Positions 47,996 to 61,433 of a stretch of 64,000 nt of DNA are shown piece by piece (within the stretch, counting starts at the first letter, position 1; every line of letters starts with the position of its first letter). The translations under genes were made by a program, and so were the position numbers. The notes below the pieces were generated by a model that worked only from the letters and a program-made list of their open reading frames with translations, was not told the DNA's origin and did not search any database. The DNA comes from Selaginella moellendorffii (Eukaryota; Plantae; Lycopodiophyta). Location of the stretch: NCBI RefSeq assembly GCF_000143415.4, contig NW_003314268.1:3294559-3358558 (forward strand), in the 5' to 3' direction.

Positions 47996-48592
47996 ATGGC
48001 AAGCTCGGGTAACCACCATTTTTCTCTGCTAGTTTCTCACCAAGTGCCAGTTTCTCACAGTGCTGTTTTCCAGGAACGCTTCCGATAACAGGCCAGTTTG
48101 AAGACGATGATCTCCAAGAGTTCCTGATGAAGCTAGACGAAGACAAAAGTGCCAGCGAGAAAGGCACGAGGGGCAACCTGCCCAAAGAGCATGATCTCCA
48201 AGAGTTCGTGATGGAGCTAGACGAAGACAACAGTGCTGGCGAGGAGATTCCTTGCCAGGAATCCCCGGCAACAACTCTAAAACGCAGACGAGAGCTCTCG
48301 GGAACGAGGGGAAATCTGCCCAAACAGGCAGTTGAAGTTATGCTTTCATGGCTCTATGCAAATCGGCAGAACCCGTAAGCTCTATCAATCTCTGGGCTTG
48401 CAAGGATCTAAGCTTGAATGCCTGCAGGTATCCAAGCAAAGAACAAAAACAGAAGTTTGCACAAGACTTGGGCATCACGAAGAAACAGGTAAGATTATTG
48501 ATGTTTCTTTCTTGTTTATAATTTTCGTGATGTTTCAGGTTGAAAATTTCTTCAGCAATAGCCGAGCTAGAGTGCTCAAGAGAAACAAATAA
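47996..48592 (+). CDS. Small TALE (BELL-derived) homeodomain protein, 142 aa
   Basis: Exons 47996-48008, 48074-48374, 48428-48488 and 48539-48592 splice in frame: ...RGNLPKQAVEVMLSWLYANRQNPYPSKEQKQKFAQDLGITKKQVENFFSNSRARVLKRNK*. PYP loop present. Confidence 0.85.
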
Positions 48593-50860
48593 GAAATGAA
48601 ACATGCTTGTGCCACTGAGCCTGAAGTTTCTCTGCCGTTGGTTTTAACGGTTGCGTGTCGGATGCCGCTGATGCCTGCGTCAGGATTGGTGTTTCTCGCT
48701 TGAAAAGCCTCTAATCGCCGAGAGGACGACGCATCCAGAGCAATCGAACCGATTTTTCGTGATTTCGAGCCTCATTTTGCTTGGTTTTTTCTTGGCTTTC
48801 TTGGACGGGGCTCTCTTTCTTATACATGTAATCATAATCACATAAACTATTAAAAGTTGTTTACTTGAGCTTTCAAATTTCTACTTTACTATTTCCCTTT
48901 TTTTCCCAATGGAACTTGGAGTTTGTACTTCATTCCATTTTTGTAAGATTTACGCTTCCAAGATAACAATATCTCAGACTCTTCAAACATACTAAATTAT
49001 GGATTTAATGACAGGACAATGCTAACCCCATTTTACATGCCCATGCCCACCAGCCCACACTTCACTTTTTGATGGCACAAAAATTTATGCCTTCTGAATA
49101 CATAGAAAGTGATAGCAGAAGCACATTTGAAGCAATTCCAAGCTCATAACATAGAAAAAACTCATGGGATATTCATGCCAAGTCATTATTTCTTTCATCT
49201 GATGTAGTTTTTATGGCAATTTGATCATTAATGATTATAATTTTGTGTTGGAAAAAAGAAAGAAAAATTTAAAATTGAAGTTTACAACACAAAAAATTAT
49301 AAATTTAGGAAAACATACATATATTAATAAAACTTTGCTGCTTGTAATGCTTTAGAAAATATTTGATTAATAATATATTTTAGGCTTAATAATTTTGTGC
49401 TTTTTTAATAAATTTATTATTTGTTATTTGTTATATTTTCAGCAGAAATTTTTTTCAAAATTTTAAAACATACAATTATATAGTTAAATGATTAGAGTAC
49501 AAAATTATTAAAAATAAGAAATTTAAAACATACTTATTCGGCATTGGATGTCAATTAACTTTTCAACAGTAAGCTTTTTTGTACTTTTTATGAGGCTCAC
49601 TAAGTTGGATGTAATGGTATGTACAAAGATCATGATGCCTCACATATATAGCATTTTCATTGTGGAGCATACTTTCAACTTTATTGCATTTTGACAGTGC
49701 AAAGCTTTATGGTAGACCTGTTGGAGAGCTTGGGTTTAACTTGGTGTAAATCTTGAAGTTCAAAGGCTACTATGAAGGGGACATCAAGTTTCATACTCAC
49801 AGGATTAGCTCTAGTTTACCAAATACAATGCTTCCAACCTCAATCATTTAAGTATTGCATGATTAGTAAGAGTATTGCATGATATTCTTACTAATCAGTT
49901 ATCACTCAAAAAATCAAATAGTAATGTTTATGGCTGGCTTATTTCCTAGGTAAGTTTTGAATTGCCCCATAAGGCAATGTGAGGGACACCTACAGCCAGG
50001 TGTATGTTCATGAAATTTACTTTTTGGTTTGTTTTAAAAAACCTAGCAAGGAGATGTAATGCAAGTGTATTTTAGAATATTCTTTAATCCAATAGTTAAT
50101 TTTTCTCAAATTATTTTGTAAGCGCTACTTAGAACTAATATAAACCCTATTTACTTTAAAGCTCCATCATCTATTTCTATATACCTTTATCTTCAGAGCA
50201 TGATATATGGTTTCCTAAAGATGGTTCTGGTGTAAGCTCTTGGATTGAGCAAACTCACTGTGTGATTGAATGACATGAAGAAATGAAGTGTGTTGGTTTT
50301 GCTACCAAGTCAAAGATCAAACACTAGGAGGCACCGCCCAAACTGCATGGTGATGGTACTTTGCAACACTATGGTTTATGCAAAACAACTACCTCAATTA
50401 AATAAAGATTAATTGAGCCAAGGATCTGCATACCTAGAATGGAACTCCAGGACAATTTAAATTGGAAGGCTTTTAAAACATGGTTGCAGGTGACATGGTT
50501 TCACTTGTAGTAACATCAGTTAGCTGTGTTAAAGAGGAACTGATATAGACTATGTTGTTTTTGTTGGATATTGTGATCTGGACCTGCTCAATGCTTCACC
50601 CCTAAAAATCTTACACACATTAGGAAGTGTATTATGTTGCAAACCTTTATGAGACTCTAGAGACATAGTATCCTAAATAAAACAAATTAAGCATTGCTGC
50701 CAAGCATAACAAATTAAATGTTCATGTAATAAATTTATGAGCTACTGAATTATGACTTGCTAAGGAAGAGAAAGGTTTTCAAGAGTCATCACAACTAGCC
50801 ACTATATTAGCAGCTATAATGTGATTAGTCATATTTCTGGATAATCCCATTGCTGAAGAA

Positions 50861-51657
50861 TCACAAGAAAGCTCCAGACGTGGATGGAAATCTGGTGTCA
50901 TGGGCTTTCAACTCGGCGTGGAGGGGATCGACACAGATACCATAGTCAACTAGAGGATTGTTCTCGAGCTCCCCATCGTGTTCTTCCACAAACTCCGGAA
51001 CTTCAAGCTGGTCGTCTTTTATGTAGTCCCTCAGGAACTCAACTCTACTTACGTAGTGTAATTTCCAGTAGAGCCTGCCAAGAACAATGGAAAACACAAA
51101 AGAAATATTAGCACAGGAGTTTATTTACGTACCCGTCGCTCAAGAAGATCCTGCCGAGTGTGGCGAGGATGAGACGCGATCGAATGCCCGGGTGGACGAA
51201 GTAGACAATCTCGAGCTTCTGCCTCACGGCGGCCGGGAGCGCGGCATGGATTTGGTGCAGCGCTTTCACACCGGGGGAATTCTCGCCGCTCTGCACGCAG
51301 GTGTGGAAGTAGACGATGACGAAGCTCTCGAGCTCAAAACGCGCAAGCTTGAGCACCACGAAGCGCTGCAATCGCTGCGCGTCGATTATCGCCGCTGCAA
51401 AGGAGAGAGGAGATAAATGCCAGGGTTCGATCGGGTAGGGTGAGCTCACCGTGAAGGAATTTGCCCACGACTCGCACGATTCTCCTGCCCTGCTTGTCGC
51501 GGCCCTGGACGCGAATTAGCTGGAGCGCTTCCAGGTCATCGAATGCGCCGCTCGCATCTGATTCCACGGCTTGAATCTCGCCCCCATCTTCCTCTTGCTC
51601 TCGGATCTCTTGCTCATCGGTTAGCACGACCACATCACCAGCTAAACCCCACCCCAT
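50861..51657 (-). CDS. CRAL-TRIO_2 / BCH-domain (GDAP2-like) protein
   Basis: QGRDKQGRRIVRVVGKF, FVIVYFHTCVQ, VYFVHPGIRSRL, LYWKLHYVSRVEFL, PEFVEEHD; two introns. Confidence 0.9.
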
Positions 51658-52009
51658 TTGCCAGACCTAAAATTTTCCCCTTGACATAGTTTAAAACTTC
51701 CATTTTTACTTTAAACAAGATAAAAAATTAATACTATTTCTGAAAATAACATATAACAGTAGTTTAGAATTATTATAAAAAAAATCATAGAAGTTAATAG
51801 TTTTTTAAAAAATGCATGTTTTATATATTTCACAAGTACTCTCTCAACCATGTAAATTATAACTTAATTTTTTAAAAAAAAGTAAAATTCTTTAAAAAAT
51901 TTAAAATAAAGTTTTAAAATATCAGAGATTTTAAGAATTATTTCTGTAATAGACTATAAGTAAATAAAATAAATGTCAAAAACTCAAAATAATTATTTTT
52001 AAATTTATA

Positions 52010-52042
52010 ATATATATGTATATATATATGTATATATATATA

Positions 52043-52073
<31 letters not shown>

Positions 52074-52092
52074 ATATGTATATGTATATATT
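52010..52092. repeat. Compound (TA)n/(TG)n/(TATG)n microsatellite
   Basis: Directly visible. Confidence 0.9.
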
Positions 52093-52459
52093 ACCCTGCC
52101 TGTAACATACTAATTATAGTACTATAGTATATGAAGCATCCATTGAGAACTAAATTTAGTTTAGAGGTCTAAACCAAATTAATACATTTATTCCCATATC
52201 ATAAGCACTCACAAATTGAAATGTAGCTAAGAATGATGCTCAAATGTAAATAATAAACCAAGTGTATAAAACTGCCAAAAACTTTTTCTAGCCACATTAT
52301 AGGGTGTAGCCATCAAATGGATGGCCCAGGTATCAATAGCTACTAAATACATAACCATTGAATCTAATAGCTACCGACTGGTACTCATATACTAGGTTGC
52401 AATGCTACCTAGTTGGTAGTTACTAATACCTAGGCTATTTATTCAATGGCTACACTTTG

Positions 52460-52720
52460 TAATGTGCCTAAAGTTTTTGGCAGTATACTACAACTACCTT
52501 GTTGTTTGTTGTAGATGTCTTTTTGAATGCTGTCACATGCATGTCTGGATCTCCCATACCATTTAAGGTGGTATACTTATATTTGTTGTTACCATAATCA
52601 ATACTTGTTGCTACTGTAGAGGTTGTTCTGCTTATTGTTGATAGGGTTGTTGCTAAACTGGTTGTTGCTACTACTCTACTTCTTGTGGTTGGTGTTGGCA
52701 AAGACTAGTAATCCACTTAA
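52460..52720 (-). pseudogene. Degenerate retrotransposon gag fragment
   Basis: YTTLNGMGDPDMHVTAF resembles the gag F-x-G-x-DP-x-x-H motif. Confidence 0.45.
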
Positions 52721-53329
52721 TCCTCCTCAAATTCTTTCTCAGTATCTGTTATTGGGCTGTTAAGTAATGGTTATTTACTCCTTTTTTCAGACTTGTGGCT
52801 TCTTTGCTCCACTTGATATCGAGCTTCTCTTTCTTTACTTTATTGTTCATGTTTTCATTCATATTCTTTAAGATATAAATGAATTTTATTTTATATCTTT
52901 TGGATATACACTATTAGAAGGAGACAATCCTGGATTTAGTGGGTAGCCTAGTCTATCTAATGCTATCACTTAAATCTCCTCACATGCTCTCCTTTCTTAG
53001 GCAGTGCACTAAAAGATGCTAAGGCTAACATGACAACACTCAAGCTGAGTGTACTTGGAGACTAGGTCATGGATGCCTTGACTACTTGCCATAGTCCTCT
53101 TCTTTCTCCATAAATCCTTCATTATTCCCCCCCAAGGTTATAAATGATATCTCCTTCCTCTCCTATATAATTGTGTCCTCTCCTAGAAGAGTCATCATCT
53201 TTCACTATAATCCACTCTACCACTTAAGACTTGGTCTTGGCTACCAACTGAATATAAACACTTGATAATTTAATATGCACACTTATTATAGTTTTTGCAC
53301 AAGATGGAACTTCGACCTTAATAAAAAGA

Positions 53330-55000
53330 CAAATGCTTGACTTATGAGTTTTATAATCCTTAAGCAATAAAGCTATACTTAATACAAAAGTCTAATGGTA
53401 CCAAATTGTTCACTATTGATCATTAGCCTTTTAATGATATCACTCTACTTGACTTTTACCCCTTACCATAGGTGGATGATTTGATGGATGAGTTAGGCAA
53501 TAATTGATACTTCATAATCTTGGATTTATTAAAGTATTGGTAAATCCTAATGGATGTTATAGATGTTGCTAAAATTACTTTTCACATACTTATTGGATTT
53601 CATGAGTTTGATTAGGGCTTTTGCCACATTTCAACATATAATGGACAAGATGCTCAAGGGGTTTAAAAAGTTTGATCATGCATACTATCAATGGATAATG
53701 TGTATGAATTATTGGGAGGATCACTTATGTCATATGAAATGGGTGTTACATCAACTTGAGAAGTAAATGCAAGTTTAATCAAGACTCAGGGTGTATAACC
53801 AGATCCAAAGAACATATGTCTAGTGGATGAATATTGCTAAGTTGCACAAATTGGTCACTTATTTGGTAAGGTTTGTCTCTTAGTTCTCTTAAAATATTAT
53901 AGATTTTCTTTGCTATGATTTGTCATATAAGTGGTCTCATCATTGCTAACATGCTTTTATGAAGGTTAAACAATTATTGACTACAACACTAATCTTCCAA
54001 TATCTTGATTTCTCACAAAGATTTATTCTTTAAATAGATGTCTCTAATGCTAGCTTAGGTGCTAATTTGATGCAAAAATCTGGGGATATGTCATGGTAAT
54101 GACATCCTATTGCTTATACTAGTCATTTACTCATAAGAAGTACTTAGCCATATAAAATGAGTGTTTGGTAGTGATATGTGAATTTTTAAGTTCTATGCCT
54201 ATCTCTATAGATTTAATACATTGGTTGAAACAAATCATATGGTAGTGACTTCAATTCTTAAGTGTAAAAAAATTTCAAAGGCATTTAACTTATTACACTA
54301 TGGCACTAAGTTTGTTATGGTGTATCATCCACACTCTTTCTCTTCACAACTTGATGATGGCTAAGCAATGTATTCTTAAAGAGTGGAGGTAATCCTTCAA
54401 TTGGGGCCAATACCAAAGATGCACACTACCCAAAGGGAAGAGTGATAAATTGGCTGGTTGTAAAATGTTTTTGATGGTAGTGAGTCTTGTAATAATCCCA
54501 ACTTTTTGTGTATGCTAAGAAATTTAGGTGGTGATGATATGTTGAAGTATATTGATGATTATGTTAAGTATCAATTAATAGAACTTATGTCTTATATTAA
54601 CTCATAGATATCACATATCTATCACAAAGTTTTAGAGAGAGTTTGCTAGTAGTTTTTTTGGCCTTAGCTGTGCTTAGATATCTCTAAGTATATAAAAAAT
54701 TATGGAAAATATCAGCAGTTTAATATTTCCATAATGCCATATATAGGTCATTAGAACCAATTAAAATTTCACTTATGTTTGAATTGGTCATTTTCAACTT
54801 GAAAAGGTCTTTTCTACAATCCTCCATAGGGCACAATACATCATTGCATTTTATTTCTACTCAATGGATTGAAATATATGCTTTACTTAATGCAATAGCC
54901 AACTGCATAGTTCTTGATATAAATGGTGGTTTTGCACCACAATCTGTAGTGCATGTGGTTTTTACCTTTTATCCTATGGTAATTTACTATAGGATAACTA
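53330..55000 (+). pseudogene. Highly degenerate Ty3/gypsy pol (RT, RNase H, integrase)
   Basis: DFYPLP*VDDLMDELG, ATFQHIMDKML and HPIAYTS-like motifs; many stops; CpG-poor. Confidence 0.7.
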
Positions 55001-55088
55001 TGAAGCAGAACCTAAACCCTCCATGTGCTATGTGTTGTATACCACGTGTCATATGCCATATACCCAAAGGACAATAGTATTAAACCTA

Positions 55089-55536
55089 TGTTTCAGAGCC
55101 TTGGGCCACTGAACGAAGGAACGGAGCCAAACTCCTAAGGTAGAAGCCAAGGAGCAAAGGAACCAGACCATGGAGTAACTCTTGAGCATATACCTAAAAG
55201 AGCGAAGAGATAGGAGCATAGAGCAACTTGAAATAGTCCTAGAGCATCTAACATCCCAATGCTAGGACCAACCTGCAAAATGCAGCCAAACGGAGTCTGG
55301 CACTATTTCAGAATACCAGTGGTTTAATGTAAGGATATGGATACTCCACCAGCTAGCATCGTGTGGAGCTTGGGCTTACACTCAAGTCAAATGCAGAACA
55401 AGGACAAGCACGCAAGCAAAAACTAAACTATGCCTCAAGTTGGTTAACCATGCCTGATTTACCCACTATCCTTAGTATTAGTATACATTTGGAACCCTCC
55501 ATAGCCCCCCCCTCCTGCCCCCCTCGAGGAACACAC
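55089..55536 (-). mobile_element. Left part of a family 'B' LTR, interrupted by the chromovirus
   Basis: 55395-55536 matches 12-152; the match continues at 62965. Left boundary uncertain. Confidence 0.65.
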
Positions 55537-56642
55537 TGTAAGGAACCAACTCCTCGAGGTGTCGTGAGTTAAAGGATCCTCGAAAGCATGAGTGAAATGA
55601 TAAAGAGTTCATCGAATGGGACCAAATCTGAGATCAAGTCCAAGACCGACTCTAAGACCGAGTTCGAGATAGAGTCTGGGATCAAGTCCGAGGCCAACTC
55701 CAAGACCAAGTCCAAGGCCGAGTTCAAGACAGAGTCCGAGATACAAAATCAGGTCTGAGACCGAGTTCGAGGTCGAGTCCGAGGTCGAGTCCGAGGTCGA
55801 GTTCGAGATCGAGTCCAAGGTCGAGTTCGAGATCGAGTATGAGGTCGAGTCCGAGATCGAGTCTAAATACTAATACAGGTTGAGCAGTGAAAGCCCAAAG
55901 CATGTGTCTCCCCGGGGGGGGGGGCACTACAGGGGTTCCAAAAGTATAGAGATAGTGAGGTCTAGGAACCAGTTTTGAAGGAACTCTCCAACGTTGCCTC
56001 CAAACTGACTTGAGGTTGAGATTGGGGCCAAGGGGCCTTGGGTGGGAGTGAGCATGGGCTCGGGTGGTGTTGGAGGGGCCACCCAAGGAAGTGCTCAAGA
56101 GTAGTTCCCACTCCCGGAAAGGAAACCGAATGTGGTGATGCTGGCTCATGTGGAGTGGTGCCCCACTTGAGTACTTTGTGGCTCATTGGTCCTCACCCTT
56201 CCTAGGGGCTTGGGCCTTCCCTTATGGGTTAGAGGTACCAATACCAACATACCGGGCCATTAGGCCATAGTGTTTTCCCCCGGCGTCCCAAAGCAAGTGT
56301 TGCACCCAAGGCTTGGGATTTAAAAAGTCCTATGATCAAGTCTTGTTGTACCAAGGGATGTGAGGAACCTGGACGCTTAATGTGTTTGGCTTCTTGTGCT
56401 TGCAGAGAGTGTAACTGAACCTTAAGTCCAATCTAACCTAGAGAGGGGGATTATGAGAGATTTAGGAATCCGTGAATGGATGGTTAACACTTTGTTGCTC
56501 GTGTAGTGAGTAGCTGAAACCAAGTAGGAGCTGGTACAATAGGCGGGAACCTTGGCGAAGGAACGTAGATAAAGCCAAGGCTGTGTTGGTCTGATAAACG
56601 AGGTAAGTTGGCAAATGGGAAAGGAAAACTTTGTGGCTTACA
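55537..56642 (+). repeat. 5' LTR (family A)
   Basis: tgtaaggaaccaactcc...gtggcttaca; direct repeat of 61837-62964. Confidence 0.9.
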
Positions 56643-56645
56643 ATT

Positions 56646-56658
56646 TGGTATTGGAGCC
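56646..56658 (+). promoter_or_regulatory. Primer-binding site, tRNA-iMet type (degenerate)
   Basis: tggtattggagcc versus canonical TGGTATCAGAGC, 3 nt after the LTR end. Confidence 0.75.
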
Positions 56659-59600
56659 TTTTCCTCAGTTTTAGCAAAGGATAAAGGTGGATTACTAGGA
56701 GATGGCAAAGGCAAGGCATAAATGAACCAAGGCAAAGACAAAACCTCTTCTAGAGCTAGAGTCTCTGGTTGAACAAAAGGTTATGGATGAGGAATCCTCG
56801 CATGAGGAGGACTCTAGTGAAGAAACTTCCAAACAGGAGTCTGGTGGTGAGGTTCGGTCGTCCAAGGCTCGATTGGATGTTCTCAAAGGACAATTAACAT
56901 AAACCAATGCCCTCCTAAAGAGTCTTGTATGCAAGCTAAAGCGTGACAAGAAGCGAAAGAAAAAGCAAAAGACTGCGGAAGCTGGTAGCGCAAAAGGTGC
57001 GAACCCTTTGGTAAAGACTGAGGTAGAACCAAACAAGGTCGAATAAACTGAAGTGGAATCAATTCCTCAAGCAGTTCCCAAGTACAAACCAAAGCTCTTC
57101 AAAGGAGTGAATGACTATAAAGTGGTAGAGGATTAATTTTACGATATAGAGGACTACTTCTAAGTGTTGTAGTTACCAAGCTCGGAGAAGGTCCCATATG
57201 CAAAATTATATTTGATAGATAATGCTAAGTCTTGGTGGAGAATGATAGAGGCCAATGAAGGACTAGTGGCCACTTGAGAAATGATGAAGGCGAGGATCTG
57301 TGCGACTTATGTTCCTTCAAATGCTACTCTGCACCTAAGGGATGAGTTGAGTAGGATGAAGCAGATTGGAACCATTCAAGAGTATGTGAATAGGTTTATG
57401 GCAAAGAGGATATTGGTGATATGGATGCATTCCATACCTTCATATCAGGCTTGCAAACTTGGGCTCACGGCAAGGTGATGTATTGGAACCCGACCAACTA
57501 CAAAGAAGCATTAGATATGGCTATCAAAGTGCATTTCAATGATAACCTGCGAAAGGGGAACACGACAAGGTCGGGATCCACATTTAGCAAAGGGGCTAAA
57601 CCAAAGGGGATATATGGCAAAGGGAAATTCAAGAAGCGTTTCTCTAAGAATGAGTCCTCGGGGTTCTAGAAAGGCAGATCTGGTGGCCAATGAGCAAGTA
57701 CATGGGGGAGTCAAGTGAAAAGAGACAAACCTATTTATAAGAAGGTCAAGTCAGCTAGTAGCATGGGAAACAACATGTGCTTCAATTGTAGTGAAATAGG
57801 ACACTTTTCAAGGGAATTTCCGAAGAAGGCCAGAGCCAATATAGCCATTAAGTCGGGTGAAATTTAAATTGAGATACGTGATCTAGTCCCTAGCTCAAAG
57901 TTACTCATTACACGAGCAACTTTGGTAGAGAGTCATTCGCGACATATACTAGCCCTTTGAGGGAAGCTCAGAGATAGCTTTGTTAAGATCCTTATTGACA
58001 TGGGTGCTTTGGATAATTTTGTGGTTGCAGACATATTCTAGCAAGTCTAACTAACGGTGCAGCGGTTGGGTGAATCAAGGATTATAGAGTTTGTTCAAGG
58101 TAGCCAAAGCACCGATGAGGTACTTTGACAAGTGAGGGTTAAAGTAGGGACATGGAAAGTAGACATGGATTTCACTATGTTAGACATAGCGGGATTTGAC
58201 ATAATCTTCAGAATGGATTGGTTCAATCGGTTAGTAGTAACCCTACATGAACAAGGTAGGAACCTTGTGGTACTGGCGAATGCCTGGGGAGAACGATCTA
58301 GGGTGAAAGCCTAGGATCTAAAAGTAGGGCAATATAAGGCCAAAGACTCTTGCTTAAACTTGGTGTTCACGAGAGGACAACTCACTAAAGGAACTATGGC
58401 AGCATTTTTATGCTTACTCTCGGTGAAGAGTGATAAAAAGATGGGAACGGTAAAAGTATTTTTAGTGATCCAGCGAGTGTTAGACCAATTCCAAGATACT
58501 ATGCCGAAGGAGCTATTAGCAGAGTTGCCCCCCGCATAACCAATAAAACATAAGATTGAGCTGGTCGAGGGTGCTAAAGTGGTGGTTCATCCACCCTATT
58601 GTTTGAATGAAAAGGAGTTCAAGTGCCAATTAAAAGAGTTGGTGGACAAATGGTATGTTAGGTTGAGCAAGTTGTCGTATGGAGCATTGGTGTTATTTGT
58701 GAAAAAGAAAGATGGATCTATATGCATATGCATAGATTATTTGTTGCTCAACAAGTATACAAAGAAGAATAAGTACCCTTTGCCAAGGATTAAGGACCTG
58801 TTCGATAGGTTGGGAAAGGTAAAATACTTTTCGAGGATTGACCTAAGGTTAGAATACTACCAAATCATGGTAATAGAGGAAGATGTAAAGAACACAACCT
58901 GTTGGACAAGGTATAGGAGCTTTGAGTTTCTAGTGATGCCTTTTGGGCTGTGCAATGTGCCAGCAGCATTTTCAATGTTGATGAACCACATCTTTATACC
59001 TTATCTGGATTACTTTATGGTTGTCTATATTGACAACATCTTGATCTGTTGCGAAACACTAAAGGAGCATGCCGAACATTTGACGGTGTTTGAGAAACTA
59101 AGGGAACATAAACTGTATGCTAAAGAGAGAAAATGTGATTTTGCTCAACAAAAGGTAAAATTTCTCAGGCATGTGGTGGGCAAGGACAGGCTCAAAGTGG
59201 ACCCAGAGAAGGTCCAAGCGCTCCAGGAATGAGAGTGACAATTTAATGTACATGAGTTGAGGACGTTCTTGGGGCTATGCAACTACTATCGAAAGTTTAT
59301 CAAACATTATTCGAGAGTAGCCTTGTCCTTAATGGACCAAACAGGTAAAGGGAAGATGGTATGGACAGTGGAATGCAAGGCGGCATTTGTCCACCTCAAA
59401 GGGAAGTTGAGGAAGACTCCTATATTGGCATTGCCAAACTTTGGTAAGGACTTTGAGGTAGAAATGAATGCTTCAGACTTTGCGTTGGGCACAATTTTGA
59501 AGCAAAGTAACCATCCAGTGGCTTTCTTCTCGAAGAAGTTGGACAAGGTTCAGCAAAAGTGGCTTGCCCACGAGAAGGAATTATTTGCGGTGGTCAAGGC

Positions 59601-61196
59601 GCTCAAGGAGTGGCGACACTACCTTGGGAGACACTTCAAAGTTTACATAGATAATGTGGCAACAAAATATTGCTTGTCGTAGCTTGACCTAAGAGGGAAA
59701 GAAAGTCGGGGGGCCAATGCTTTGGCCGAGTTTGATTGCGAGATTCTGTATAAACTTGGGAAGAGCAACATCGTGGCGGATGCCCTAAGTCGAAAGTCAA
59801 GCTTGAAGTTGGCAATATCTAGCGCAATAGCAACATTTTGGGATGATATGCGGATAGCATATGAGAATGATGATTTAGCACAAGAAGTGTTGCTGAGGAA
59901 CCAAGAGGCATGAGAAGCTCACCAGAGAGGTGAGTTGCCAATGAAAGGGAAAACAGGTTATGTGGAATACAATGGACCCATCTATTATAAATAAATGAGA
60001 GTGTATGTTCCAGAAGGGGAACTAAGGAAGGTAGCCTTAAAAGAGTGTCATGATAGACCTCTTGCGGGACACGGCAGAGTGCTTAAGACTATAGGCTTAC
60101 TTAAAAAGAAGAATCACTAGCCAAATATGGATAAGGACGTCTAAAACTATGTAAAGACATGTCCAACATGTCAGCAAGTCAAAGTCGTGACTAAGGCTAG
60201 TGGGGGACTTGTTACAAAGCATCCTAATTCTAGATTGGCTGTGAAAATATCTTACGATGGACTTCATCACGGGACTCCCCCCAAGTGAGGGGTTTGATGC
60301 GATATTCATGGTGGTGGACTGATTTTCAAAAATGTCACATTTCATACCCACCACAATGAAAGTGGATATTGAAGGTGTGGCAAAGCTATTCTTTGAACAA
60401 GTGGTTCGAGTGTGGGGAAGGCCAGAAGAGATTATCTCAAATCGAGATAAGATCTTCACTAGTAAGTTCTATAAAACACTCCTAGAACAGTATCGCACCA
60501 AGTTGAAATTCAGCATAGGCTATCACCCATAGATAGGTATTGGATATTAAGTCAAGTTTGATGGCACTAACACTTCTTGACAAATGGACAAACGAAAAGG
60601 GTGAATAAGCAGCTAGAGGATTATTTACAATGGTATGTCTCAGGAGACTAGACCGATTGGGTAAGTCATTTGGGACTTGTGGAAATGTGCTATAACAACT
60701 CACCACACTTAAGTATCGGGGTGAATTCATGGGAAGTCATCAATGGGCGAGTTATTAAAGGTCCTATAGAACTCGATGTGCCTAAGTATCATGGAGAGTT
60801 ACCCGTAGTGGAGATATTCACGGTGGAAAGACTCAACATTTGGAATCTAGTGAGAAATTCCTTGGAACGGGCTCAACAATGGCAAACAAGGTATGTGAAC
60901 CAGAAGCACCGGGACATAAAGTTTTAATCTGGGGAGAAGGTGTGGTTGAACACCAAGAACCTAAGGCTACCAAATGGGATCAATTGGAAGTTGACTCAAA
61001 GGTAAAAATGCATGTATTCCTGGAAATGAAGTAATCTTAAGTTCCTTAAGCAGATTTGCAGGGCCTTACAAGATTGAGGCATGAATCGGTAAAGTGGCTT
61101 ACCGCCTCTAACTTCCTCAAGAGATAGGGAAGATGCACTCAATGTTCCATGTGAACTTACTCAACCGTACTTTGAGGATTTGCTTAGCAAAGACCA

Positions 61197-61433
61197 GTGA
61201 GACCTTTACCTAAGGTTATCCAAAGCGAAGAGGAATACGAAGTCGAGGCCATCCTCAATATGTGCAAGAGCAAGCGACAAGGACGTGAAGTGAGGGAGTT
61301 CCATGTGAAGTGGAAAGGATTTCCACACTTGGAAGCAACATGGGAACCAAAGAAGAACCTAGCAAATGTGCGAGATCTAGTGGAGAAATTTCTGCAAGGC
61401 AGAACTCTATGTACTTATGCAAAGTTTAATTAA
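61197..61433 (+). pseudogene. Integrase C-terminal chromodomain
   Basis: EEEYEVEAIL...FHVKWKGFPHLEATWEP..NL motif. Confidence 0.88.

Noticed and set aside
49560-50640. Possible decayed gene or transposase in AT-rich DNA
   Set aside because: Only short stop-ridden frames; no family recognisable.
55620-55865. CRISPR-like periodicity
   Set aside because: No unique spacers, eukaryotic context, lies within LTRs.
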